The translations under genes were made by a program, and so were the position numbers. The notes below the pieces were generated by a model. The model worked only from the letters and a program-made list of their open reading frames with translations. It was not told the origin of the DNA and made no database searches. A DNA stretch of 64,000 nt from a phage: sequence record PQ724392.1; one strand, 5' to 3'. Of this stretch, positions 28,571 to 37,431 are shown piece after piece; the stretch's first letter is position 1; the number at the start of each line of letters is the position of its first letter.

Positions 28571-28590
28571 AAAAGGCCCGAAGGCCTTTT
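28571..28590 (-). terminator. terminator-like tetraloop hairpin
   Basis: AAAAGGCC-CGAA-GGCCTTTT palindrome overlapping the stop codon of ORF 28589-28990. Confidence 0.55.
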
Positions 28591-28990
28591 ATTTGAATCG
28601 AAGCTGCTCTAACATTTTAATAGCTTGTAGGCGCCCGGCTTCAGTTTTAACCGTAATAATAACATCGCCACCGGTAACAACGATATCCTCTTTTGATTCC
28701 TGTTCGGTTATTTCAGAATCACATTCCTTTGGGGTTTCTTCAAAATATTTAAATTCATCACCAAAAATAAGACCGGTTCCATTACGACTATGGAAAGAAA
28801 ATCCAGTTCCATCGATAGTACTAAATTCCGTCACAACATTTGCTTCCATCTTGGTGACTGAAAACTCTTTGGTAGTAATCAAATCAATGATAGAGGTTCC
28901 TTGCTGGTTCAAAATGCAACCGGGCATACCGACATGTTTAAGGAAGCCATCTAAATCTTTAATGCAATAACTCTTTCCAATTTTAAACAT
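28589..28990 (-). CDS. hypothetical protein
   Basis: 133 aa from internal ATG with GAGGA SD (track ORF 28589-29167 would overlap the upstream gene). Confidence 0.45.
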   Translation of the reverse strand: MFKIGKSYCIKDLDGFLKHVGMPGCILNQQGTSIIDLITTKEFSVTKMEANVVTEFSTIDGTGFSFHSRNGTGLIFGDEFKYFEETPKECDSEITEQESKEDIVVTGGDVIITVKTEAGRLQAIKMLEQLRFK

Positions 28991-28997
28991 AATATCC

Positions 28998-29258
28998 TCA
29001 TTCAAATCGGATGGTTGAATTCTTGAACAACAAACCAGAACAAACAGTTCCTTCAACTTTCTTACCAGTTGGACCCACGGCCGTAAAGCCTGTATGTTGG
29101 AAATCATCTTTACCGCAAGAGAACCAATTATATCCGGTGATTTGGATTTGTTCATAGCCGTTTGCATCTAATACACGAATGGCATTATCTGCATCAGTAC
29201 AACCAGCCAATGAAACCGCCAGCACCAGCGCTGCAATAGAACGATTAACGTATTTCAT
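28998..29258 (-). CDS. putative lipoprotein
   Basis: 86-aa ORF; N-terminus MKYVNRSIAALVLAVSLAGC = signal peptide plus lipobox L-A-G-C. Confidence 0.5.
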   Translation of the reverse strand: MKYVNRSIAALVLAVSLAGCTDADNAIRVLDANGYEQIQITGYNWFSCGKDDFQHTGFTAVGPTGKKVEGTVCSGLLFKNSTIRFE

Positions 29259-29263
29259 AATTT

Positions 29264-29440
29264 CTCACTTAGTCAGCAGGTCGTAAAAACCGCCATTAAC
29301 ATGTTTAGGAGCCGAGACTAACCGAACAGCCAGCCGATGGCAATCAGGACAAACATCATTATCTCTTTCAGAGATTTTCTTGATTTTTTCGTATTCTTTC
29401 GCGCAGTCATCAGATTGACATTTGTAATCATAAAGTGGCA
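29264..29440 (-). CDS. small zinc-ribbon protein (FmdB-like)
   Basis: hand-translated 58-aa ORF MPLYDYKCQSDDCAKEYEK....CPDCH with two CxxC pairs; AAGGAA SD. Confidence 0.4.
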
Positions 29441-29442
29441 TG

Positions 29443-29814
29443 TTATTCCTTAAAGTGTGCTTTCAACATCTGGTAAACGGTCCAGGCTTCGGAGTTATTA
29501 GAGATGGTAATTTTAGTCAAAGGGAATTCGCTTGGCTCAGATGGAGCTGCGTCTTCGCATTCATCTTCAGTATCGTCATCTTTTTCTTCTTCAAAGAAAC
29601 GGAATTCATCTTCCTTTATGAATAGGCTCACAAATTCACCAGTTGATAATTCCATTTTATACACATCACCATCTTCAATTCTGACTGGTCTAAATCCCTC
29701 GCCATTGATTATAGCATTGGCTATATTATCATTATCTGTGCATAACAAACGGAATCTGCTTTCAGCAACATTATCTTTAAAATAATACCACTTATCAGTT
29801 TCAAATTTAGACAT
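29443..29814 (-). CDS. hypothetical acidic protein
   Basis: 123 aa from ATG with AAGGAGA SD; very acidic tail EEEKDDDTEDECEDAAPSEPSE. Confidence 0.45.
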   Translation of the reverse strand: MSKFETDKWYYFKDNVAESRFRLLCTDNDNIANAIINGEGFRPVRIEDGDVYKMELSTGEFVSLFIKEDEFRFFEEEKDDDTEDECEDAAPSEPSEFPLTKITISNNSEAWTVYQMLKAHFKE

Positions 29815-30031
29815 TATAAATCTCCTTCCAAAAATCTGTACCATCTTCTGATTCTTCGCGGAACAGCGCATAGCTAGGTAATTCTGCGTCTTTGTCTGCA
29901 TACACATAAATGATATCAGTGGTGCAAAGAAATTCATTGATGTTTTTCTTCACAATCACTTTATCACTTTCGGCAGTGTCCCAAAACTCTTCAGCGGTCA
30001 GGGAAGTGGTTACACAATCTTCATTAAACAT
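29807..30031 (-). CDS. hypothetical protein
   Basis: 74 aa from internal ATG with GAGGAGA SD. Confidence 0.4.
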   Translation of the reverse strand: MFNEDCVTTSLTAEEFWDTAESDKVIVKKNINEFLCTTDIIYVYADKDAELPSYALFREESEDGTDFWKEIYNV

Positions 30032-30046
30032 AATATTCTCCTCATT

Positions 30047-30065
30047 GATAGGGCAAAACCCTATC
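30047..30065 (-). promoter_or_regulatory. intergenic hairpin
   Basis: GATAGGG-CAAAA-CCCTATC between ORF 30077-30637 and ORF 29807-30031. Confidence 0.4.
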
Positions 30066-30076
30066 ATTTTTATAAT

Positions 30077-30637
30077 TTAGGCAAAATGAATATCAGCATA
30101 CTCAACGATAAAGCTCTCAGGAACAACCTTAAAGGTTCCAAGGAACACGATATTATACAGTTTGACCCCTTCTTCAACCCACTGGTCTGTGATGTAACCA
30201 GACATGCTAGTGGTTTCATAAGTCGGACCATACATGCAATTGTATTCAAACGGTTTAGGTGAAACAAAAAAGACACCTTTACCCAATTTCCATTTAAAAT
30301 CAACCCCAACATGAGACTGGTCAATGGTTTCAACGTCTTGAGCAATTACGCCACGAATATCATTGCTTTCGCACACATATCCATCATGGGATTCAACTTC
30401 TTCAACCACAGGGAGGTTGGCGGCAGTAATAGCAGTTGATTCCAGGAATTTAGCACGCACATAAGCGAATTGAGTTTCAGTCTGACCATTTTTGGGAATG
30501 ATACGCACCTTTACTTCATTATCAGGATGGTCAACAAAAATATCAGCACGAATACTGACAACCTCAACAAAACGTCCAGCAGCTCTTGAACGAGATTTTT
30601 TGGATACGCGAACGATTTCGCCAGCTTCAACTTTCAT
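30077..30637 (-). CDS. hypothetical protein, paralogue A (shared C-terminal domain)
   Basis: 186-aa ORF; C-terminal ~40 aa (SGYITDQWVEEGVKLYNIVFLGTFKVVPESFIV) similar to C-terminus of 30716-31471. Confidence 0.5.
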   Translation of the reverse strand: MKVEAGEIVRVSKKSRSRAAGRFVEVVSIRADIFVDHPDNEVKVRIIPKNGQTETQFAYVRAKFLESTAITAANLPVVEEVESHDGYVCESNDIRGVIAQDVETIDQSHVGVDFKWKLGKGVFFVSPKPFEYNCMYGPTYETTSMSGYITDQWVEEGVKLYNIVFLGTFKVVPESFIVEYADIHFA

Positions 30638-30666
30638 AATTTTCTCTCTTGGTTAATAAGTTTATT

Positions 30667-30710
30667 CTCCAGTGGGGTCATTATACTCTGACCCCAAGAG
30701 TTTGTACACT
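30667..30710 (-). promoter_or_regulatory. early promoter cassette with stem-loop (PeSL-like), second exact copy
   Basis: 44 bp identical to 19575-19618; upstream of ORF 30077-30637. Confidence 0.55.
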
Positions 30711-30715
30711 TTAAT

Positions 30716-31471
30716 TTAATTAAAAATTTCAACAACCATAGAACGTGGTACAACAGTAAATTCACCAGCATGGACAACGTTCAGGAGTTCAACACCATCT
30801 TCAATCCACTGGTCTGTTACCCAACCACAAATGGAACTGTTAAATGGGCGTTTGATTTGAACTGGTTTGCATAACAAGTCAATAGGGTCACCCAGTTCGC
30901 TAACTTCTTCCAGCAGTACAGATTCACGCGGATAAAGGATAGCTTCAAGATTGTCACCTGATTCATTGACTGCAGTAAATTCAAAGATGCTTTGGTGATT
31001 GTGGTACTTAACTGTTTTAACGGTAAATGGAGCAAATCCAAAAATACCTTTCAGTACCCGCCACCCGGCATGCATTGCAACAGTCTTTCCAAACTGACTG
31101 GCATCTTCAATAAGCTGATAGGTTTTACCAACTTTGATGGGAGTTTCTTCAACTTCTTTGAAGAGTTCAATCTCAGCTTCATAAACCATAATTTTTTCTA
31201 CTTCATTTGTATCAAGGCGACGTGCATGTAGAATATATGCTTTATCAAACCAGTTACTTTTTACAAAAGCTTCAACAATAAATTCACCTTCGCCTAAAGC
31301 ATCAGTCAGAGTATTATACCCAGAAACCATAGCTGCGTTTTGAATAATAGGTTCAATCAGTTGATAAGTTTTGTTAATTTCAATAGTCATATTTTGTTTC
31401 TCAAGTTTTAATGGTTTAATTGGGCGAACATACATGCTTACAACATCAAAGTCAATAAATTCTGGTTTCAT
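30716..31471 (-). CDS. hypothetical protein, paralogue B (shared C-terminal domain)
   Basis: 251-aa ORF; C-terminus ICGWVTDQWIEDGVELLNVVHAGEFTVVPRSMVV similar to paralogue A. Confidence 0.5.
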   Translation of the reverse strand: MKPEFIDFDVVSMYVRPIKPLKLEKQNMTIEINKTYQLIEPIIQNAAMVSGYNTLTDALGEGEFIVEAFVKSNWFDKAYILHARRLDTNEVEKIMVYEAEIELFKEVEETPIKVGKTYQLIEDASQFGKTVAMHAGWRVLKGIFGFAPFTVKTVKYHNHQSIFEFTAVNESGDNLEAILYPRESVLLEEVSELGDPIDLLCKPVQIKRPFNSSICGWVTDQWIEDGVELLNVVHAGEFTVVPRSMVVEIFN

Positions 31472-31728
31472 TATGCAACCTTATTGAACATCGCCAGTTG
31501 GTTAGGTTGTACAACCATAATTTCACGACGGCCTTTTGCGTTTGACACGTTCAAGTAAATGCCTTTGTTCATGTCTGTTTCTTTATCATATACCGCAATT
31601 TTATTGACAGTAAAGATTTTACCACGAATATTTGTAAATGCGCATTCAAACGCTTTAGTCAGACCTGCTTCGGCAGCTTGAAGAGCAGACATTTCATATT
31701 GTTGGCCAATTTCAAAAGAAGTAATCAT
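31471..31728 (-). CDS. hypothetical protein
   Basis: 85 aa from ATG with GAGGA SD; the track N-terminal extension reads through the conserved promoter/leader. Confidence 0.45.
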   Translation of the reverse strand: MITSFEIGQQYEMSALQAAEAGLTKAFECAFTNIRGKIFTVNKIAVYDKETDMNKGIYLNVSNAKGRREIMVVQPNQLAMFNKVA

Positions 31729-31759
31729 TTTGTTATCCTCATCAGTAGTTGATGAGATA

Positions 31760-31788
31760 ATTATGTCTCTTTCCATTGGCCTTGTACA
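31760..31788 (-). promoter_or_regulatory. T4-type early promoter
   Basis: minus strand GTGTACA - 17 nt - CATAAT, then conserved leader ATCAACTACTGATGAGGA. Confidence 0.5.
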
Positions 31789-31795
31789 CTACTTT

Positions 31796-32479
31796 TTATC
31801 GTTTTTTCGGTAAAGATAACGGGTCTGCATCTTCTTCGGAAGGAACTTCATCCAAACCAAGAGCATAGCGCTGGGCATACTTAAGCATCAAAATATCTTT
31901 CGCGCAGTCATGCACCGAATCATGCGCCACAAATCCATCTAAAGTCCCCTTCGGTAATGGAGTTTCACACATCTTACGGACGAGTGATAGGGCTTCAATT
32001 GCCGTCCTGATATCTCGTTGGTTCCAGAATACAACCGGCTCCAGGCCATAGGTATTCAATTCACGCTCGGGAATACCCTCATTGCGCTGTAGGTCACGGA
32101 TAAGGTCAACAAACAACGGGAAGTCAAAAGACATTCCACGACACCACATAAGGCTTTCATATTTGTTAATTCCATTACCATTCAGATAGTCAATCGCCTG
32201 TTGGATACCAGTCAAAGTATCAACATCTTGCGCAGAAGGAGCCAAGTTAACACGGGCTTCTGCTGATTGCTTTTTCCACCAACCCATGGTTGTTGTATCG
32301 AACAGACGCTTACCTTTTTGGTATTCAAGGCTAAACTTGATACGTTTGCCGCGATTAACCAGGGTTTCGAATGATTCCACAATAGCAGGGTCAGATTCGA
32401 ATGTAATCAGAGCCAGGTCAATAACGGCTCCCTTCGAGCCGTTTCCTAGAGTTTCAAAGTCAATAATAGCATCAATCAT
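31796..32479 (-). CDS. dexA: exonuclease A (DexA, DEDDh 3'-5' exonuclease)
   Basis: 227-aa ORF; MIDAIIDFETLG (Exo I motif), HDSVHDCAKD (Exo III-type H/D) and overall match to recalled T4 DexA (227 aa). Confidence 0.85.
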   Translation of the reverse strand: MIDAIIDFETLGNGSKGAVIDLALITFESDPAIVESFETLVNRGKRIKFSLEYQKGKRLFDTTTMGWWKKQSAEARVNLAPSAQDVDTLTGIQQAIDYLNGNGINKYESLMWCRGMSFDFPLFVDLIRDLQRNEGIPERELNTYGLEPVVFWNQRDIRTAIEALSLVRKMCETPLPKGTLDGFVAHDSVHDCAKDILMLKYAQRYALGLDEVPSEEDADPLSLPKKR

Positions 32480-32556
32480 CGCACATCTCTTTTAATTTTT
32501 GAATTTCACCAGCAACCATCGCACATCTCTTTTAATTTCTGAATTTCACCAGCAAC
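32477..32556 (-). repeat. 40-bp tandem direct duplication (2 copies, 39/40 identical) spanning the dexA start codon
   Basis: catcgcacatctcttttaattt(t/c)tgaatttcaccagcaac at 32477-32516 and 32517-32556. Confidence 0.85.
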
Positions 32557-32751
32557 ATAGTCGGAGATAAAAATCCCTGGCTCTTCATTGTTAAAATATT
32601 CAATCGCGGCCATACGTTTCCGAATAAGATTCAGTTCCAGTAAAACATAATTACCCTGCACGACGATAGTCGGATTATCTTCGAAAAATTCAACCGCGTC
32701 CTGAATACCATAGATAAGATTATCTAAATCTTCTTTATGTACTTTATACAT
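32506..32751 (-). CDS. hypothetical protein
   Basis: 81 aa from internal ATG; C-terminal codons lie in a 40-bp tandem duplication that also contains the dexA start. Confidence 0.4.
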   Translation of the reverse strand: MYKVHKEDLDNLIYGIQDAVEFFEDNPTIVVQGNYVLLELNLIRKRMAAIEYFNNEEPGIFISDYVAGEIQKLKEMCDGCW

Positions 32752-34072
32752 AATATGCGTCGTACCTCGCTCGTGTGATTCCAACATAAGCCAACTGGCT
32801 CGCTAATGAAGCTTCGGCCATATGGATGCATGGAGTATAGATGAATGCTTTGTCCACTGAAACGCCTTGGGCCTTGTGGATTGTACTGACCGGAAGAGCA
32901 CGAACTTTCAAGAAGGTCCTGCGCGCTTTCCAGAAGTCTTTCCACTCTGGACGTTTACCAGCGGCTTTCATCTGTTTGTATGTGTCAGCAACTTTCGCCA
33001 GATATGCCTGGAATTTTGGTTGCTGGTCTTCTGGTAAAACTTTAATGCGGTCAACCTGATATTCTTCATCTTCATCAATTGACTCAACTTCCAGGTCCCA
33101 GTAATTAATCACTAACTGGTGCGATTCGCCTTTACAACGGAGAATGGTGGAAGTGTATTTACAATCCTTGATACGAACCAACTGACCATTATTAAAAATG
33201 GTTTCGCTGAATTTCTTACCTTCAAATTCCAGCTCTTTCATGTGCGGCTCTTGCATAACCAGGACTTCATACGGTAAAAATGCTTTATCCGTTTCATATA
33301 GCTTGCGACGAATAATATTGTTCAGTTTTTCAACTGATTTATTCGTGTATGCATACATCCTGTTTTCCATCAACATATCAGCATCTTTTACAATACTGAA
33401 ATAGTTTACCATGAAATCCTTTAAAGCAGTTTGTGAGGTGAAACCTTGCACACCATGACCTTCATACATACAGTCACGGAACCAACCCCCATTACGAATT
33501 TCTGTCGCCACTTCAATGATAGGAGCATTACTTCGCATAACCTCAGTCAGATGAATCTGTTTGAACTTAGGATGCGTAAAGAATGGACTTATCTTTTGTT
33601 GTGTACTTCCTGGGTCAACCGGCTGCAGCTGGTGCATATCACCAATCCCAAGAATAGTACACCATTCAGGAACAGAGTTAAGAATAATCTTAAACAGAGA
33701 CCCGTCATACATACTTGCTTCATCGCAAACCAGAACATTACATTTTGACATGTCAGGCATTTCGCGCTGTTCAAAAACGTTTTGGTCTTCATATGTGGTC
33801 GGGTTAATCTTCAAGATACTATGGATTGTATTCGCTGTTTGACCAGACAATTTAGATAAAACTTTTTTCGCCTGGTGAGTTGGTGCAGCGAGCACAATTC
33901 CCATAACTCCATTACGCACTAAGTGGTCAATGACAAATTTTGTCAGAGTGGTCTTACCTGTGCCAGCTGGACCATTCAGAGTGATACATTCCCCTGAACG
34001 CCGCTGAATAGCTTCAGTGATATAATCAAAAGCTTCTTTTTGTCCTGTGTTCAAGTCTTCAAATTTAATCAT
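32744..34072 (-). CDS. dda: DNA helicase Dda (SF1B)
   Basis: 442-aa ORF; Walker A NGPAGTGKTT, ILAAPTHQAKK, VLVCDEASMYD, and C-terminal KAQGVSVDKAFIYTPCIH....LAYVGITRARYD match recalled T4 Dda. Confidence 0.9.
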   Translation of the reverse strand: MIKFEDLNTGQKEAFDYITEAIQRRSGECITLNGPAGTGKTTLTKFVIDHLVRNGVMGIVLAAPTHQAKKVLSKLSGQTANTIHSILKINPTTYEDQNVFEQREMPDMSKCNVLVCDEASMYDGSLFKIILNSVPEWCTILGIGDMHQLQPVDPGSTQQKISPFFTHPKFKQIHLTEVMRSNAPIIEVATEIRNGGWFRDCMYEGHGVQGFTSQTALKDFMVNYFSIVKDADMLMENRMYAYTNKSVEKLNNIIRRKLYETDKAFLPYEVLVMQEPHMKELEFEGKKFSETIFNNGQLVRIKDCKYTSTILRCKGESHQLVINYWDLEVESIDEDEEYQVDRIKVLPEDQQPKFQAYLAKVADTYKQMKAAGKRPEWKDFWKARRTFLKVRALPVSTIHKAQGVSVDKAFIYTPCIHMAEASLASQLAYVGITRARYDAYYV

Positions 34073-34368
34073 GCCAATTTTACTCGCTTAACATATAAAG
34101 TATCTAAAATTAATTTCAATTCTCGTGCGTGTTCTTCAGTAGGAAAAACAGTTTTTGTTTCACGCTTATCAAACCACCACTTCCTGGGAATATACCGTGT
34201 TTCAATACGTCCCATGCGTAAATAGCGGTTTGTAGTATATGAATAGTTGGCAAGTTCATAATCTGCACCCGCTTTTGTGGCGTATAAGGTAACCTTTCCA
34301 TCATACTCCAATGGGTGTTCAAAACCATCTTTATCTTTATGGACCAGCACATATGCGTAGTACATCAC
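34069..34368 (-). CDS. hypothetical protein (dda.1 position)
   Basis: 99-aa ORF overlapping dda start by 4 nt. Confidence 0.5.
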   Translation of the reverse strand: MMYYAYVLVHKDKDGFEHPLEYDGKVTLYATKAGADYELANYSYTTNRYLRMGRIETRYIPRKWWFDKRETKTVFPTEEHARELKLILDTLYVKRVKLA

Positions 34369-34369
34369 A

Positions 34370-35113
34370 TTAACCTCTAATCAGTTTAAAAATTGACGCG
34401 TTCAAAGGCAGACCACGTTTCAGTTTAAGGCGGTCAATGAATGACAACTTATCTAAACGCTCCAGACCTTGAATAATTTTATCATACATATCGTAACGCG
34501 TTTCAGCGTCAGATGATTTCATTTTCAGACGCCAGTCAGGACCACCCATAACCATTTTCAGCCCACGTTGACTAGTTCCGATGGAAGCCATTTGTCCATG
34601 GATACGAGCCTTGACTGCAATCACAGAAGGGGTAGTATCTTTAGCGCCACTTTTATAAAGCTCTTTTAAATGTTTTTGACGCTTCTTGATTCCACGTTCA
34701 GTATCTTTAATATTTTTAACAATTTTGCGAATTTTATAATAGTCAGCAGGAGTTACTTTAAAACTATTGGGCATCTTAGAACCGCCATTAATACGCACCG
34801 CCAAACGAGTCTGTGCACGTTTAAGTTCATCAAGAGATAAATCAGCACGTAAACCGTTGTACTTAGTTTTGACAGGGATAACATTGCCTTCAATATAACC
34901 TATATCATTGTTAAAGCGTTCAAAGGAAACTTTATCTTGAGTTGAATTTTCATCAAAACGTTCACCAGAATACGCACAGAATTCCTGTTTCAAAAGATTG
35001 GCGATATACTTACTAGACAGATTGAAATCCTTGTTACGACGTTTTGCAGACGTTTTGGTATGCTCGCGACGTTTGTAAACTTTTAATTCAAACTCTTCTT
35101 TTGACATATTCAT
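34370..35113 (-). CDS. hypothetical basic protein at the srd position
   Basis: 247-aa lysine/arginine-rich ORF between dda.1 and the mod genes, where T4 has srd; sequence identity not verifiable. Confidence 0.4.
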   Translation of the reverse strand: MNMSKEEFELKVYKRREHTKTSAKRRNKDFNLSSKYIANLLKQEFCAYSGERFDENSTQDKVSFERFNNDIGYIEGNVIPVKTKYNGLRADLSLDELKRAQTRLAVRINGGSKMPNSFKVTPADYYKIRKIVKNIKDTERGIKKRQKHLKELYKSGAKDTTPSVIAVKARIHGQMASIGTSQRGLKMVMGGPDWRLKMKSSDAETRYDMYDKIIQGLERLDKLSFIDRLKLKRGLPLNASIFKLIRG

Positions 35114-35160
35114 GATATTTTTCTCATCTTACGGACGATTGAATAACTCAGTACGGAATC

Positions 35161-35188
35161 ATTATATACTATTCATCTTTTATGTACA
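35161..35188 (-). promoter_or_regulatory. T4-type early promoter
   Basis: minus strand GTGTACA - 16 nt - TATAAT upstream of ORF 34370-35113. Confidence 0.5.
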
Positions 35189-35248
35189 CTACTTTTTCAC
35201 CTTTAACGCTTTTATTTTTACTGTGTATAATGGTTCTAAGGTCTTTGG

Positions 35249-35863
35249 TTAGTTCAAAACAGTTAAATGCCAAACAGTATACAGGTTATTCAATGGGTGT
35301 GTTTCAATCAAGTCTACGCGGAGCGTAGTCCCAGCGGGAAACATAAACTCATCTTCATCATTAACCAGGTGCAAGTTTGACTTCCTGGTTGCTTCTGGAT
35401 ATGCACCATTGAACTCTTCAGGAGGAGCACCGCAAATCATTTTGAAGATTGCTTCCTGATAGTTATACGCATATGGTGCATTGTTTATACAGAAAATGTT
35501 CCTTGTGCCATAGAAACTGTATGATGCAAAATTTCTTGCAACCTGCCAGTCCCTGGAAAAACTCATTACACGATTGAATTCAATTGTTGCGCCAACATAT
35601 CTTAAATCTTCCAGGTATTCCATGGTTTTCTTTGATATACCACGGAACAATGCTGCCGGCGGCGCAGTATTCAGATTGTTGCGGATAATCCTGGACAAGT
35701 CTTCTTGAATCAGGTCGGGTTTATTTTCCATACACTGCCAGAGTACTGATTGCTCATTATCTGTATAAAGAGCATCAATCTCCGCTTGACATTGGTTACG
35801 AAAAGACTCACTAGAAGCGGCAGTGTCAATAATTCCATTCAAAACGTCATCAGTGTACAGCAT
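35249..35863 (-). CDS. modA: ADP-ribosyltransferase (ModA-like, R-S-EXE class)
   Basis: 204 aa from ATG with GAGGA SD; motifs ALFRG (Arg), SFSRD (S-x-S) and EDEFMFP (E-x-E); position after srd as in T4. Confidence 0.65.
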   Translation of the reverse strand: MLYTDDVLNGIIDTAASSESFRNQCQAEIDALYTDNEQSVLWQCMENKPDLIQEDLSRIIRNNLNTAPPAALFRGISKKTMEYLEDLRYVGATIEFNRVMSFSRDWQVARNFASYSFYGTRNIFCINNAPYAYNYQEAIFKMICGAPPEEFNGAYPEATRKSNLHLVNDEDEFMFPAGTTLRVDLIETHPLNNLYTVWHLTVLN

Positions 35864-35894
35864 TTTATTATCCTCATCAGTAGTTGATAGGAAC

Positions 35895-35924
35895 ATCTTA
35901 ACGTGTCTTATTGCTCTTGTACAC
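35895..35924 (-). promoter_or_regulatory. T4-type early promoter (weak -10)
   Basis: minus strand TGTACA - ~18 nt - TAAGAT, then conserved leader; upstream of the ModA-like gene. Confidence 0.4.
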
Positions 35925-36468
35925 AGTCAAGAACATAATAATCACCAACAAATCCAGCATCAACTACCACGAATTTCTGGTCAACTGGAACAAACCATTC
36001 AAGCTCAGAATCAATCATGTCCATGTATTCTTCGCGCCTTAATGTAGCTGCCCGGACGGAACCAGAAGCTGTATTGAAGAATTCCAGTGGAACGTCAAGC
36101 GCGATTTTGCGCATCGCATCATGGTAACAAAAAGCTTTGGTCTGATTCAATCTGACGATAGTCCTTGTCACATATTCCATTGCAGCAAAATCCCTGGCAA
36201 TACCATAGTCTTCTGTAAAGGAGGTTACCCGTCCAAATTCAAAAGGTTGCATTGATTCTTTTGCTTCATCTAACAAATCAATCTCTTGCTGGGTTACTCC
36301 GCGCCACAAGACTGTATCGGGTATAGACAACCTTGACTTGATGATTGAGTTGACATTTGAATGCAAGGTCTTATCAACCTTTGATGTGCGGCATTCAAAT
36401 AATGAAGCTATCTCCATTTCACTAAATTTTAACTGGTTGGGTTCGGTATCAGATTTGATGATGTTCAT
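35908..36468 (-). CDS. modB: ADP-ribosyltransferase (ModB-like, R-S-EXE class)
   Basis: 186-aa ORF; motifs VLWRG, TSFTED, SELEWFVP; tandem with the ModA-like gene. Confidence 0.6.
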   Translation of the reverse strand: MNIIKSDTEPNQLKFSEMEIASLFECRTSKVDKTLHSNVNSIIKSRLSIPDTVLWRGVTQQEIDLLDEAKESMQPFEFGRVTSFTEDYGIARDFAAMEYVTRTIVRLNQTKAFCYHDAMRKIALDVPLEFFNTASGSVRAATLRREEYMDMIDSELEWFVPVDQKFVVVDAGFVGDYYVLDCVQEQ

Positions 36469-36524
36469 AATGGTCTCTCTGTTGTAAGAAAGACCATTAT
36501 GTCATTAGGAGGGGAGTAAGTAAA

Positions 36525-36794
36525 CTACTTAAACACTCCAAGTGGAACGCCAAAGACTGCAATGTCTACGGCCATACCAATCGGAGATTGGTATGATGGA
36601 GATTGATATGATGAGTAAGAACTTTTCGATTTTATCGGGGTTTCGACTTTAATTGTCTCGGATTCAGTCTTAAGCCTTTGTAAACGATTAATTTTTTGTT
36701 GCTCGATTTCCTTATGAGCATGTTTACGGTCGATATCCAGCGCCGATGTGGGAATATTTGTTAACCAGTTCATTGTTTCACCCATGGTGCCCAT
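36525..36794 (-). CDS. hypothetical protein with Ser/Tyr-rich tail
   Basis: 89-aa ORF; low-complexity SSYSSYQSPSYQSP. Confidence 0.4.
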   Translation of the reverse strand: MGTMGETMNWLTNIPTSALDIDRKHAHKEIEQQKINRLQRLKTESETIKVETPIKSKSSYSSYQSPSYQSPIGMAVDIAVFGVPLGVFK

Positions 36795-36948
36795 GGAGGT
36801 GGGTCGTCGTAATATGAGGCCAGGTCGCGTAGAACTTCCATTGGGAGGCTAAAACCGTGCTTCTGTATAATCGCATCAAGTTCGTCAACTAGGTCCACAC
36901 GGGCTTCCGTAGGAGCTTTAGGCTCTTCAAAAAGTTCAAATAAATCCA

Positions 36949-37431
36949 TTAGTAACCACCGATAGGGCCGTAACCATACATACGAGCTCGGACTTTAGTA
37001 TCGTGCATAGCTTCTTCTGTTAAAGTAAAGCGCAGACCAATATCAAAGTGTTTCCAAATCTGACGTTCGACTTCAGCAAGGTCGTCGGTAGTGGAAATCA
37101 GATATGTGCGACCTTGAAGACGTTCAGTGGCCATTTTATCTCTATCTTTATAGAAAATGGTATCTTCGCCATAAAGGTCTGGGTGACGATAGCCTTTGAT
37201 GTGCAGAGCTTCGGAAACAGTAAACGGACACCCTTCGGCAACATTAACGTTTTTTCTATGAAATACCTTCAGCATAACGTTTTCTGGCATCGTCAAGTTC
37301 ATTAATTTTGTTTCCAATGCAGTGACCGAATCCATGCCATTGTAAACCATGATAAGACATGCGGTAGCATCGTAAGGTCGTGTTTGACCTGCCGAATCAC
37401 GGACATAGAATTCTAATTCGTATACTTTCAT
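36949..37431 (-). CDS. hypothetical protein
   Basis: 160-aa ORF in the mrh-soc region of the T4 map; identity unverified. Confidence 0.5.
   Translation of the reverse strand: MKVYELEFYVRDSAGQTRPYDATACLIMVYNGMDSVTALETKLMNLTMPENVMLKVFHRKNVNVAEGCPFTVSEALHIKGYRHPDLYGEDTIFYKDRDKMATERLQGRTYLISTTDDLAEVERQIWKHFDIGLRFTLTEEAMHDTKVRARMYGYGPIGGY

Noticed and set aside
26496-28590. Gene 60 translational bypass or a mobA-type homing endonuclease near gene 39
   Set aside because: Looked for a split topoisomerase gene; the subunit is a single continuous ORF and no HNH or GIY-YIG ORF is present.
34370-35113. Possible HNH homing endonuclease (CAYSG...N...N pattern)
   Set aside because: The Cys/His/Asn spacing does not match an HNH motif convincingly; the ORF sits exactly at the T4 srd position, so it is annotated as an unknown basic protein.
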